Shown here: in pieces, positions 24,720 through 38,493 of the stretch
How the letters are laid out: the number at the start of each line of letters is the position of its first letter
Numbering within the stretch: the first letter of the stretch is position 1
NCBI RefSeq assembly: GCF_009914755.1
Contig: NC_060928.1
Reading direction: 5' to 3' (one strand)
Source of the DNA: the human T2T-CHM13v2.0 reference genome, Homo sapiens
Length of the DNA: 64,000 nucleotides
The notes under the pieces: model-generated
The model's input: only the letters and a program-made list of their open reading frames with translations
What the model was told of the DNA's origin: nothing
The model's database searches: none
Made by a program: the position numbers and the translations under genes

Positions 24720-26424
24720 ACAAATATACTTTTGTGTGTGATTACAATATTAAAATACCTCCATTTTCTGTAGTAAGCTGCAGCTGTTCGAAGCTCTCAA
24801 GTGCTCACCTTTTCTTTTCTCTCAGAACTTCCATATGCTCCAGGAACTAAATGTTTAATATCTGAAATATTAAAAAGGTCTTTAGGAACTACCTGCTCCA
24901 GCATGCACATACCGTAATCTGTTCTCATGGTCTGTGACTCTTCAAGGCGAATAATTTTAATATTATTTTTCCTCATAGATACATCACATTGCATTTCCTG
25001 TTGGACCATTATTACATTGACTAACTTAGGATATTATCAATATTCAGAGCTATGAGAAGATACATCCAGGGAGGTTTGTTGTATATGTGGTGATGGTTTG
25101 CTTTTTTCTTTTTTTTTTTTAATTTCCTACACTTCCAGAAAACTCACAAAAGTCATTAAAAAATAAAGGCACCTTCTATTTATTTTCATGTCAATTACTG
25201 TACAGTAATTCTGTTCCTTCTATGTCTACAGAATACTGAGAAAATTTTACAAAAGTTACCTAACCTTTTGTAATCTACTTTCTATTACGAGAGCAAATGG
25301 AGTGTAAGACGAGCTGAGTTACTTGCTCCTTTTGAACTCCTGAACTGAATAGGGTAGTGCACGAGTAACTTGTGACACGAGTAACAGCAGCCTGTTTACC
25401 ATTAGCTAAGAATCATTTTAGAGCACTGAACACCTTTGAGATTCTTTTCTCATTTAGACTTTCAAAATTTCTACTCTTGATTAACATAACACAACCCAAA
25501 GCCATTGCTTATTATTCCTTGACACTGAAAATAATTTTGTGAATTTGTTGTGTATACAAACAAGTTTTTCTAATCTTACAAAACATGTTTAACTACATTG
25601 CTGATTAGCTTTAGTTGAGTGGAGTTTTTATAACATGGTTGTAGCTATTCTGGTATACGATGACTTTCAAAACAGTAAAATGCAAGTATGGTGTTGGTGT
25701 AATAAAATTTTTCCACTAATACATTTGAAATCTGAATCGTCTATATTTTAAACCTATATAGTGAGCTTTATTCTGCCTTAAAAATTAGAGGGAAACAAAA
25801 TTAAAAATTTTTGGAATACATTTTAATCCCATTTTTTAAATTATCTGAAGATTTTCAAAATCACTTATTTATGTAAGGTTGCTAGTGAAGTTATACATGG
25901 CTACCTGTGTTTATTAATAACTTGTATTTTTCCAAATCTAGTTTTGCCCCTGTTACTACTTCTAGAGGATTTAGAATGACTGCAGGGAGAAGAGAAATGG
26001 AAAATAGTATGAGGTTTCAGAGTATGATAAGGGAAACAGAGTGGGGAGAATTAGAAGGAAAGTCTTGTAACTCAAACTCCCATACCATCCTTCCAAATCA
26101 GTTAAATTCTTCTCCTAGGCTAGATTCCTTCACAACCCTCTCTGATTCTTTCAGAGCCAGAACTATTATCTTAGAGCTTGACTCATTTTCCTCTAAGATG
26201 ATTTATCTTGACAAAAATCTCATCCTCTAGTAATCATCCCTAGAGAGACTCCAGTAGATGAAGAAACATTTGGACCACGGATCTTTCTCAGGTGGAGCTT
26301 TTGATTATGGAATGTGGTTGAAATGATACTTATACCTCACTTTTTAACAATACATTCCTGAATATTAGTGTTTCAACATTACTGGTAGAAAATCCTGGAA
26401 AACAGAGTATTGCGTTTTGCTCAA

Positions 26425-27571
26425 TGAAGGAGGTAAAAATATGCCACCTGCTATAGCAAATAACTATGTATTATAGATTTTAAGACAGCTAGAAGTTTTT
26501 GCATGTTGTCACCACAAAGAAATGACAAATGTTGAAAGTGATGAATACAATAATTACCCAAATTTGATCATTATACCATGTATACATGCATTAAAACATT
26601 ACATTATAACAGTGCAGCCATCAAAAAGAATGAAATAATGTCTTTTGCAGCAGCATGGATGGAATTGGTGGACATTATATTAGGTGAACTAACTCAAAAG
26701 CAGAAAATCTAATATGGCATGTTCTCACTTTACGTAGGAGCTAAACATGGGTCCATGAGGACATTAAGATGGAGATAATAGACACTAGGAACTCCAAAAA
26801 TGGGGAGTATAGGAGAGAGTGAAGGCTGAAAAATTATTTATTCAGTAAAACATTCAATATTCAAGTGACGGATACACTGGTAGCCCAATCCCACCATTAT
26901 ACAATATACCCATGAAACAAACATGCACATTTACCCCTGAATCTAAATTAATAAATAAAATTTAATATCTCTTTGAATTATACAACATGTATTTCTGAAA
27001 AAAAGAAATACTACAGTGTACCATCTAAATATGTACAATTATTATGTGTCAATTATAAACTTAAAAATTTAATTTAAAAAAATGCCACCTTGGTTATTGT
27101 TTGTTTCAATTAAAGGAACTTGAAAAACAACAGGTACAAGAGGATCACTCTGACCTTTGCTCTGTGTCTTAAAAGTTAAAGATGAAATTCTTATGTAAAA
27201 TGTATCCTTCCTATACTAGAAAAAAGGCAATGGTCTTATCATCAAAGATGGAAAGGTGAGGCCGAGAGAATTCTGTACAACAGCAAACCTTGTTAAACTA
27301 ACCCTTATCTGTCCAAGTAAAGACTCTCACCTAAGCCCCTTTGTCTTATCAAATTCTCAGTTTACCATTCTTTGTTTCATCAGTATACAGGTAACTGACT
27401 CTAACTGCTTCTTTGGGGTTTTCATTTCTTTATAAGGGTGCCGATGCCACATGAAACTTACATGAAGTAAATTTCTACGCCTTCCTCTTGTGAATCTGTT
27501 TTACATCAATTTAATTATCAGACCTAGCCAAGACCCTGAGAGGATACAGGTAGAGTCTTGCTGCCCCTACA
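26425..27571 (+). mobile_element. ERV1 solo LTR, MER34-like, interrupted by nested L1 3' ends (26450-27081)
   Basis: 'tgaaggaggtaaaaatatgccacc' start and 'ctgcccctaca' end. The interruption is bounded by duplicated atgccacct (26441-26449 / 27082-27090). Confidence 0.78.
26450..27081 (+). mobile_element. L1MA-like 3' end containing an L1PB-like 3' end (about 26611-27004)
   Basis: The L1MA 3'UTR text breaks at 'cattacattataac' and resumes at 'tactacagtgtaccatctaaatatgtacaa'. The intervening part resembles the L1 at 2789-3555. Confidence 0.75.
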
Positions 27572-27818
27572 CTCATGTATTGTAATTACTGCTTTATTAT
27601 TTCTAGAAAATCTTTGATTGCTGGTTATGTCTTCTTAACTCCAGCTGGCTTATTCAAACCAGTTTTCTTCATTTTGGGTGACTATGCATTTAAGATATTA
27701 GGGCATTAGAAAACAAATAAAAATTATTTCATATCCACGAATGTTAAGTATTCAGAGCTAAGAAAGAGACAGTATTTCTGGCTGCCAGAGATATTAAAAT
27801 CTCTAGAAAGTGGTATGT

Positions 27819-28526
27819 CCCTTTCACTGCTACAGCCACCGCCATGAGTATACTCAGGCTTCAGAAGAGGCTCGCCTCTAGCATCCTCTGCTGCGGCAAG
27901 AAGAAGGTCTGGTTGGATCCCGGTGAGACCAGTGAAATCGCCAATGTCAACTCACGTCAGCAGATCCGGAAGCTGATAAGAGATGGGCTGATCATCCTTA
28001 AGCCTGTGCCTGTCCATTCCCAGGCTCAATGCTGGAAAAATACCTTGGCCGGCCGTAAGGGCAGGCAACATGGGCATAGGTAAGCAAAAGGGTACAGCCA
28101 ATGCCCGAATGCCAGAGAAGATCACGTGGATGAGGAGAATGAGGATTCTGCGCCTGCTGCTCAGAAGATACTGTGAATCTAAGAAGATTGATTGCTACAT
28201 GTATCACAGCCTGTACCTGAAGGTGAAGGGGAATGTGTTCAAAAACAAGTGGATTCTCAGGGAACACAGCCACAAGCTAAGATAGACAGGGCCCGCAAGA
28301 AGCTCCTGGCTGACCAGGCTGAGGCCAGCTGGTCTATGACCAAGTGAGCACGCAAGTGCTGTGAAGAGCGTCTCCAGGCCGAGAAGAAGGAGATAATCCA
28401 GACTTTGTCCAAGGAGGAAGAGATCAAGAAATAAAAGCTCCCGCTTAGTCTGTACACACTGGCCTCCATGATTACACAGATCAGCCATTAAAATAAAACA
28501 AGCCTTTATCTGCTTAAAAAAAAAAA
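27819..28526 (+). pseudogene. RPL19: Processed pseudogene of 60S ribosomal protein L19 (eL19)
   Basis: [26 protein letters not shown]... and [17 protein letters not shown]... match eL19. Intronless; pyrimidine 5' leader, ATG 27844, ancestral stop 28432-28434, AATAAA 28492-28497, poly(A) 28516-28526. TSD aaagtggtaTGt / aaagtggtaCAt. Frameshifts near 28068 and 28279 plus a premature TGA near 28345. Confidence 0.97.
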
Positions 28527-30425
28527 GTGGTACATAATAGTAGTGACTATTAATTCTCTATATTCTCCTGTAGTCCACATGAAGTACCAATGCACTTTAT
28601 AGAAATAGGCTCGCCGATTTTCTAAGTACAAACTTGGTTTCCCTAAGAAAAGATGTACTGCTTATCAAACACACACACATCTCTATAAATTAAAGATATT
28701 ACATAATTCCACTTTGTGAGGAAGTCATTACTTGCATTTCAATTATTAAACACTATCTCCCCTCATAGGCAAGGTGCAAATTACATTAATGCTAGTGTAC
28801 AGTTTTATACATATAATTACCCAAAGTATTTTGAATGGATACAGATGGCTTTCAGTTTATCTTCAGATTTTCTGTGTAATCTTTCCCCAAATCGCCATTC
28901 ACTCCTATGAATAAATACAATTTTGCTGTTAAATGTCTTAGTTGAGCGAGCGTTATAAGGAAATATTGACATATTTTCCCTTTATGATTATACCTGATGA
29001 TTTCTACTTGAAATATAATATTTTTCTGAGAATTGGTGAGACAGAAGAATTCAGACAACAAAATTGTCATTTCTATAGTCTAAAGTTTTGAGCAAAAAAA
29101 AAATTAGAATTGATGTTTGAATTTCCTGCTGTTTTTGCCTGAGGTGATTCTATTTTACAGATGAACAATACTGTTCAAAATGTTTGATAGCTGGATCACA
29201 ACTTCAAAGGGATAATCGAAAAATACCTCTTTGTAGTAGCTATACTTTAAAGTCTGTTGTTAACAGCCTTCAGTTTAAATTGCTGTCTTCTGGCTATGTA
29301 TTCTCAGATTGAAAATCTACAGAGTTACTTCATTTACTCTTGTGTAATACAGTCTGATTACTGATAAGCTTCTAGTTTCGGTGACTATTTGTAGATTATA
29401 TTTTCTATCTTTTTGCTTAATGAAGTATTTTTATAAGCTGTATTTTTCATTTGATCTTAATGGCCTAAAAAAGATCAAACTTTGTTTTTAATTTGCTTTC
29501 AAAAATATTCAAATTAGAACTTGCATTTCTCAGTTCACTGTGTTGGTGATAATTATCAGAATGAAATGGTAAATACAAGAAAGTGCATCTTTTATGGCTG
29601 GATACACCCATCAACAGAAACAAACACAAAAAAAATGCTGCTCTTTTTTCAAATAAGCTAGAGAAAGCATCTGTCTTACTATAAACAGTATACTTCACCA
29701 ACCATGTAAGAATTTATTTTTATTGTCATGATTTAGCTGGTTGAAAGTGGCTTTTACCAGTCTGCAAGTTACTCACTGTTTTGATTAAGGAGGCTTTCTA
29801 AAGAGACACTGATGGACTGCAGTAGATAGTAATTTCCTAAGGTAGAGGATCTATAACTAGTGCTTCCCTCACTATCTTTGCAGTGCTTAGATGTCATCAA
29901 CATAAAGACAGTTAAGAGAACTGATGACCTACAAAAACCCTCTCAATATTTGTAGTATAGAAAGACTGAGAATTTGAAATCTAGGAACATGACTCTTTTG
30001 TTATTATCAAAGTTAAATGGAAAGTAGATCTAATGACATGATGGAAATAGAATAGGAATTTTACTCAGCATGTGGTAAAAAGATAATTGAAGAAAATATA
30101 GTTGTGTTACAGGAAGAATGTAGTAGGTTTAACTCAAAAGAATTCTTTTATACTCATGTTAAATTATAGAAATTTTATTGCCACTAATTCAAAGGTTATG
30201 AGTTGAACCAATTGGATATTCACATAACAAAGTTATATATTTTACCAGGCAGATAATAATGACAATATACACATTAGGGTATATTTCACTGAATGGGTGA
30301 ATTACAATGTCAGAGTGGTCTTGTGGGTAATGGGACATTTAGCTCTATTATGAAGAAAAGTCAACCGGTATATTTTGATGATTGCACAGGAAAATATAGG
30401 AAATACTAATTCTGGCAATGAGCAA

Positions 30426-31850
30426 TACTATACTACAAGGCTACAGTTACCAACGCAGCATGGTACTGGTACCAAAACAGATATATAAACCAATGGAACA
30501 GAACAGAGACCTCAAAAATAACACCACACATCTACACCCATGAGATCTTCAACAAACCTGAAAAAAAAAAGCAATGGGAAAAGGATTCCCTATTCAATAA
30601 ATGGTGCTGGGAAACTGGCTAGCCATATTCAAAAAAATAGAAACTGGCCCCCTTCCTTACACCTTATACAAAAATTAACTCAAGATGGATTAAAGATTTA
30701 AATGAAAAACCTAAAGCCCTAAAAACCCCAGAATAAAACCTAGTCAATACTATTCAGGACATAGGCATAGGCAAAGATTTCATGACTAAAACACCAAAAG
30801 CAATTGCAACAAAAGCCAAGATTGACAAATGAGATCTAATTAAACTAAAGAGCTTCTGCAGAGCAAAATAAATTATCATCAGAATGAACAGGCAACCTAC
30901 AGAATCGGAGAAAATTTTTGCAATCTATCCATCTGACAAAGAGCTAATATCCAGTACCTACAAGGATCTTAAACAAATTTACAAGAAAAAAAAACCCTCA
31001 AAAAGTGGGCAAAGGATATGAACAGACACTTTTCAAAAGGAGAAATTTATGCGGCCAACAAACATATGAAAAAAAGCTCATCGTCACTGGTCATTAGAGA
31101 AATGCAAATCAAAAACACAATGAGATAACATCTCACGCCAGTTAGAATGACAATCTTTAAAAAGTCAGGAAACAACAGATGCTGGTGAGAATGTGGAAAA
31201 ATAGGAACTCTTTTACACTGTTGGTGGAAGTGTAAATTAATTCAACCACTGAGGAAGACAGTATGGCGATTCCTCAAGGATCTAGAACCAGAAATACCAT
31301 TTGACCCAGCAATCCCATTACTGGGTATATACCCAAGGGAATATAAATAATTCTACTATAAAGACACATGCACACGTACGTTTACTCTTTACAATAACAA
31401 AGACTTGGAAACAATCCAAATGCCCATCAATGATAGACTGGATAAAGAAAATATGGCACATATATACCATGGAATACAATGCAGCCATAAAAAGAATGAG
31501 TTCATTTCCTTTGCAGGGACATAGATGAAGCTGGAAACCACCATTCTCAGCAAACTGACACAGGAACAGAAAACCAAACACCACATGTTCTCACTCCTAA
31601 GTGGGAGTTGAACAATGAGAACACATGGACACAGGGAGGGAAACATCACACACCAGGGCCTGTAGGGGGGTGGGGGGCAAGGGGAGGGAGAGCATTAGGA
31701 CAGATACCTGATGTATGCGAGATTCAAAACCTAGAAAACAGGTTGATAGGTGCAGCAAACCACCATGGCACATGTATATGTATGTAACAAACCTGCATGT
31801 TCTGCACATGTGTCCCAGAACTCAAAGTAAAATAAAAAAATAAAAAAAAA
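30426..31850 (+). mobile_element. 5'-truncated L1PA (L1PA7/8-like), about 1.4 kb
   Basis: ORF2 3' part ('tactacaaggctacag...catggtactggtaccaaaacag'), 3'UTR G-tract at 31665-31690, A tail. No clear TSD. Confidence 0.93.
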
Positions 31851-31855
31851 CTTTA

Positions 31856-34032
31856 AAACTTAAGTGACATAAAACAAGAATTATTTTGTCTGTTTGTAAT
31901 TCTATGGTACAGTAACTATGATGGGCTCAGTATTTGTTTTGTTTTTTTCTTTTTTTGATTTTTGCCTAGGGTCACTCACATAACTCTCCACGGCTCTACT
32001 GGTTGATCCAACGAAATGAACCTGGTCTGTTTTGTTCTGCTCCTTGTATTCTCATTCACCTGCAGGTTCAACTGAGATTCTCCCAAGGCAGCACTGCACT
32101 CCCCAAGGACAGTGAGTTGGTGCATGGCAGTTCTAAAACCCAGACAGGCATCCATTGCAAGGTCCTCATATTGCAGGGATAGGGGGTTCTCCTGGATAAG
32201 GATCAAGTCATTATCCTCAGATGTGGTTTCTTACATATCTTTCATGGTTCTTGGCAAATCATCTGGATCTTTGCTCTGTTCTCTGATACACTGTTTCATA
32301 TTTATAACAAATGGACTGTGTGTTGTTTATTCAAAGCTAAAAAGCTTTCTTAAACTGTGTCCAACTCATAGAAGCTTGAGCACCCAAAACCTTTTCCTTT
32401 TAATATTTCTTGGTCCCTTTTAGTCCAATTTGGAAAACTCCTTTGTAATCACTGAGGGCGTGATATGGTTTGGCTGTGTCCCCATCCAAATCTCACCTTG
32501 AATTGTAATAATCCCCATGTGTTAAGGGCAGGGCCAGGTGGAGATAATTGAATCGTGGGGGCAGTTTCCCCCATACTGTTCTTGTGTTGATAAATAAGTC
32601 TCATGAGATTGCATGGTTTTATAAATGGGAGTTCCCCTGCACAAGCTCTCTTTCCTGCCACCATGTAAGACATGACTTTGCTCCTCCTTTGCCTTCCACC
32701 ATGATTGTGAGGCCTCCCCAGCCATGTGGATCTGTGAATCAATTAAACTTCTTTCCTTTATAAATTACAGTCTGGCATATGTCTTTATTAGCAGCGTGAG
32801 AACAGACTAATACAGGGCATTTTGTGTATCAGGTTATAAGTTATTCCGTCAGTCAAAAGTAAGATCCACAATTATTTTATTAGAGACTGGTTTTCTCTAC
32901 CTTGTGTAGTGTGTCTGGGTATTGTGAAACAACATTCTAAATATTCTCAGAAACCTTTCACCTGGCTGAGACTGTCTACTCAGCACCACCTTAAATGGTT
33001 TTGAGGTCTTGATAAAGCTTTTCATAGTAATACCCAGCTTTTGGCCTTTATTAAAAAAACCTCTTTACTATGAAAATTTCTTGCAGTCTGAAGCGTCTAG
33101 AAATAAGAACAATTTTATTTTCCAAACTAGCAAATATTAAAGCCCCCCATATTTATTTTCTATTCTACCAGAAAACTGAAATTTTTCTTTTTTTAGCTCA
33201 TCACTCACTTATAGTACTTTATTGTAAATAGAAGCACCTAGTGACATATTCCACATTCTGTCTATATAGTTCCTTAAGTGGGTTCTATATGCTAAGTTAT
33301 CACAGATAATGGTTTTGCCAACTGTTCAGTAATACATAACACAAATTGTCCTTTCTCCAGCCTTCAACAAGTTCCTTTGCCGGCCTTCATTGACAACCTG
33401 GATATCAATCTAGTCTTGGCCAGCAGCATCTATTTGCCTCCAATCCCAAAGCCAATGTCACAAGTTTTAGATTTTTGTCATGGCAACACTCATTTCTTGG
33501 AACCAATTTCTGTATCACTTATGTTTCTGAGTAAAAACCACACCAGTTCTTAATGTCTTAATGGTTTAAAGCAATAACCGTTTTATTTGCTCATGGTTGT
33601 TCTGGAGAGCAATTTGTCCTGGGCTCAACTTGTCCAGGGTGGTTCTTTTGGTTGTCTTACCAGCGATCATTTTTGTAGCTTTAGTGAAATGGTGGCTTAT
33701 ATGGAAGGTGGTTGGTCTAGAAGGCCATGGTTGGGTCACTGTGTCTCTGCTGCATATGATTTTATGCTCCTGCAGGCTAGTTTGGGTTTGTTCATATAGC
33801 AGCGTTGTGTTCCAAGACAGCAAAAACAGAAGGTGCAAGAATTCTAAACTTGGATATTGCAAAACATCAGTTCTGCTACCTCCCTCTAATCAAAATAAGT
33901 TACGCTGTGATCCCAGATTCAAGCATTGGGAAAATAAAGCATTAAATAAAAGAGTGGTAATATCCCATTATAAAAGGGCTGCATACAGGGATAGGAGAAA
34001 CTTTTGCAAACGTCTTGGCAAGTTACCTACCA
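31856..34032 (-). mobile_element. Ancient MLT1 MaLR remnant: partial LTR, internal region, and LTR 33511-34032
   Basis: MLT1-like LTR text at 31856 and 33511. The junction 'ttggaaccaatttc|tgtat' parallels the THE1 internal/LTR junction 'ttggtaccaatttac|tgtat' at 10560. Confidence 0.6.
32461..32814 (+). mobile_element. THE1 (C/D-like) solo LTR
   Basis: 'tgatatggtttggctgtgtcccc...gaacagactaataca'. 5-bp TSD gggcg / gggca. Confidence 0.92.
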
Positions 34033-34789
34033 TGAGAAGTAATTTATTCTTCAAGGGTCATTGGTAGGGTATATGCAATTGGAAGAGATGGGCTAGAAGC
34101 ATGGATGTCAGAGAGAAATGAATACAATAATTCAGATAAAATATAAAAACATGCTGAACTGAGGTCATGAGAATTTTGAAGAGATGATAGCATGGATGGT
34201 AACAGTATGTTAAAGACAAAATAACAGAATTAATTGATGAACATGGTAATGGAGGGCTATGAGAGTTTCCAAGATTGGAAAAGTGTTTGAATTGTGATCC
34301 CAGTGAAACAAATTTAAATGTAGTGGGAAAATAAAGTTTTAAGTGAAGACTTTCAAACTGATGTAGGATATAAGAAGCTTAAGATGTGCTCAGTCTTACA
34401 CTGAGCCCTGAATGGCTACTTCTTTTTAGCACTCTCTTCAGAACACACAGATGAATAAAAGAAGAATATCACCTAAAACCTCAGAGTTTTTAAGGGACTC
34501 ATATGTGTAACTGAATAAAAATAATAAATGCATTGTTACAGGGGAAGATTGATAAATAGGCACAGAATCAGTAAAAATATGTTACAGATTTGGAGAAGGT
34601 TAAGTAGCTAATTATGGACAAGTATAAATTTTATTTGCACTGTCATATATCTGAATATGAAAAAGTCACAGATTCCACATTAAAAGGAATTTTTAATTTT
34701 GTGCAATTCAAAATTGTGTCAGAAAATTCTTTTAAAAAGATCTTTAAAAATTCGGGGTGTGTGTGTGTATAAATATTATATATAATTAT

Positions 34790-35143
34790 TGAGATGATTC
34801 ACTTCTGTGTCCCCGCTTAAATCTCACCGTGAATTATAATAAACCCCATGTGTCAAGGGCAGGATCGGGTAGAGGCTATTGAATCATGGGAGTGGTTTGC
34901 CCCATGCTGTTCTCGTGATAGTGAGTCTCACAAGATCTGATGTTTTTATAACCATCTGGCATTTCCCCTGCACGCACTCATTCTCTCTCCTGGCACCCTG
35001 TGAAAAGGTGCCTTCTGCTGTGATTGTAAGTTTCCTGAGGCTTCCCCAGCCATGTGGAACTGGGAGTCAATTACACCTCTTTTCTTTGTAAATTAACCAG
35101 TCTCAGGTATTTCTTCATAGCAGCATAAGAATGGATTAATACA
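34790..35143 (+). mobile_element. THE1D/MST-like solo LTR
   Basis: Homologous to 32461-32814 and ends 'gaatggattaataca'. Confidence 0.85.
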
Positions 35144-35714
35144 GTATAAATATGCTATATAATTATATATGATTAATACAGATTAAATAAGCTAAAAGGT
35201 TCATAAACTTTCATATATTTTACAAAGAAAAAGAAAATTTCATAATTTGTTTACTAACCAGTTAGTAATTCTGTAAGATACTCTACTGTACATGTGCTTC
35301 ATTATGACATAAGTCTACATTATCATACTTGTTAAGCATTATCATTTTTTCAAGGAAACAGAGAATGAACACATGGACACTAGCTTGTCTAGTTCAGTCA
35401 GTGTGAAAGCTGAAATTAGAATCTAAGTGTGCCTTACTAAACAGCCCGTGCTATATCCAGTAAATCAAGGTAGCAGTGTTTCTGGATCATGCCCATGATG
35501 CCGCTCTTTTAATATTATAAAAGGTAACAATGGGGAAAAGATATTTGCATGTTTGTAACCATAGTCTCTACATTAAATATTCAGTAAGAATTAGGTGTAG
35601 CAAGGGTAGAACAAAAACAAATCTACTGAAATGTATATTAAAGGTGAAGATTAGATTCAAGTTTCAGCTCAAAACAATACACAGGCACACACATTGGAAG
35701 TATATCTTGGATGA

Positions 35715-35998
<284 letters not shown>

Positions 35999-37480
35999 TG
36001 GATGACTTTCATACTATTATTTTGTGAAAACATATTATAAGGTTTTTGCAAACTTATTTCTCTTTTTCCACACGATTCTTATTATAGCATGTAACTTCTG
36101 GTAGGAAGGTAAAAATTAAATGTGGTCTGATTAATAAACTGATAAATACTTTGAAAAATTTTTGTTAAATAGACAAAAAACTTTATAGAAATCCAGCCAT
36201 CTCAGACTTATAAACAAGCAAATAAATAAATAAATAAATAAGATGCCAGCAAGAATTACTGGAGTTGAGCCAAATGTTCCATGCTAGCTTTGACCTCACA
36301 AAGAAGAATTTTAACATGAGACAAGATCAGATGTTAAGTTCAGACATTAAAATTGTTAAAAGATTAACAGGGTTCTAACTGAGCTCAGAAATTCTATTAC
36401 TTTAAGTTTACCTTTAATTGTAGTTACTTCTAATTTTCTCATGTTATAAAGCGCTATTATGTTCCATGGGAGCGATTGATAACATGATCTGTCTTTATTA
36501 ACTTTATAATTAAAGAAAGACACTGCACCACTGGCTCTGCTCTACCTAAACAAACCAACCCATTAATTTAATTGAGATTATGAACTGTGCACTCAGATGA
36601 CTTGGTTCTATTTCTTTGCAAGCAGAGGTTGCATATTTTACCTGGAATCAAGCCACATAGTCTCCACTTTGAATAAGCCCGCTATAGATATCTCTTAAAT
36701 GAGAACTCACCCTAAGGCTATCATTGATGCCAGCTCTTTCTCATCCTTTTGCCTTCAATCTTCAGTCACTTTTGAAGGGTGAGCAAGTGATGATTTGGAG
36801 TCATAAAGTCTTTCTTTATGACTCCAAATAAGAGCTATTTGTAGAGTCTATATTCTCTGTTATACTTGATATTATCAGAATCAGAGTTAAGAAAATAATG
36901 ACATACTCATATCAAAGTGTAATGGGGTCTATATGCTGGGCATGGCCATCAGAATAGAGTAGACAAACTGACTCTCTCATCCAAAATCAATTCTGGAAAA
37001 ACCACAAAATCTAAATGCAGCAATTTGGATTCCAGAAGTGGCAAAAGTTATGATGAATGCTTTGAAAATCCCTAAGTCTTCATAGCCTGGCTTCCGTGGG
37101 GTGAGAAGAGGTGGGGGGATTGAAATGGGGTGGGTGACAATACTCTCAGGGAGGGGTCCTGAAGAGGCAACTGTGCAAAAATAGGCTCAAGCAAACTTTC
37201 AAGTTTCACTCTTGTACCTCACCCATAGTGCATTGGAACAATGATACTTGTATTTCATACTAGAGATAAATGAAAAAAGAGCAGGCCACAGACATGCAAG
37301 GAGTAAAATCAAGGTAGTTTCATTGTCCTGCTCTGGTGAGAAAATATGAAAAGTAATGCAGCCTATGCCATCCCTCGATCACTTATTCACCTACACTCCC
37401 AGCCCTCGTCTTGTAGGGATAAGTATTCCATCCCTAGAAGAATACCTCCTTTAAATTCTGATTCTTTTAAGAGAATGATT

Positions 37481-37797
37481 GCTGGGTTGCCTAAAATCCT
37501 AACGTTTTGGGAGGCCAAGGAAGGAAGATTGCTTGAGGCTAGGAGTTCGAGATCAGCCTGAGCAATATTGTGAGATACTGTCTACACACACACACACACA
37601 TACACACACATTAGCCTGGCAAGGTGGCATATGCACATAATCTCAGTACTCAGGAGGCTTAGGTGAGGGGAATACTTGAGCCCAGGAGTTTGATGCGGCA
37701 TTGAGTTACTATTAATCCACTGCACTCCATACTGAATGAAAGAGAAAGACTTTGTCTCTTGCAAAACAGAGAAAGAGAGAGAAAGAGAGAGAGAGGG
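37481..37797 (+). mobile_element. Old AluJ with a (CA)n middle linker and a GA-rich tail
   Basis: 'gattgcttgaggctaggagttcgaga' and 'cttgagcccaggagtttga' are J-type. (CA)n at 37584-37610. Confidence 0.85.
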
Positions 37798-38493
37798 CTT
37801 AACCGGTCAGCAAATAGAAAACACAACTTCCCTGTTCAGATGTGTGCACTGTCAGCTGTGAGCTGTGTCCTCTCCCCTCACTCTAGACAGTGCTGATGCA
37901 CTCAAACCTTTCAGAACTAAATTATAAACTGTAGTTGCCACCTGGATATTTTGGGCTCCTGTGTCCAGGCATCAGCAGGCACAAGATGACTCATTGTCAT
38001 CAGAGAGGTCATGTACCCTCACCACCAGGAGGCAGGGCAGCTGTTACACAATGGGAAAGAAAGGAATATCTGTAGAATCCAGACCGGTGTGGAGTGGACT
38101 ATACATGGTGATGTGACACCTGGATTTTCAGAGAAGGCCTTTCTTAAGGAAGACAGATTTCCAAGACTTCTTCCTTTCCAGGGAAGTGCTTCCTGTCCCA
38201 CTCCAGCCAGCACAGCGAGCAGACAGCATCCAGATGAGAGGGTCTGCTACAGGCTCCAAGGGCCACCTCATTCAAGGCTATGTCTCCTCAGGACAGGCTT
38301 TATCTGGTTGCTGAACGCAGTGGGGATATGAAGTTGGAAACTTCTGTCATCTCCCAACCAGAGTAATGTGGGACACTCTGGTTGGCGATACTTGCTCCGT
38401 GATCCCTAATGTACTGATACAGGCTTGTCTTTGCACAATCCTGCTTCCTCCCTCCCTTTCACAGGTGTTCATGGCTAATCAACTTTTGCAGCC

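Noticed and set aside
27844-28285. Functional RPL19 paralogue
   Set aside because: Frameshifts, a premature stop, no introns, a genomic poly(A) and a TSD mark it as a processed pseudogene.
29150-29200. Splice acceptor followed by ATG (ttttacag|atg)
   Set aside because: The frame closes after 8 codons and there is no supporting homology. A non-coding exon cannot be excluded but is unsupported.
33597-34067. 156-aa ORF with a hydrophobic, membrane-like N-terminus
   Set aside because: It lies almost entirely within an antisense MLT1 LTR and has no recognisable domain, so it is probably a chance ORF.
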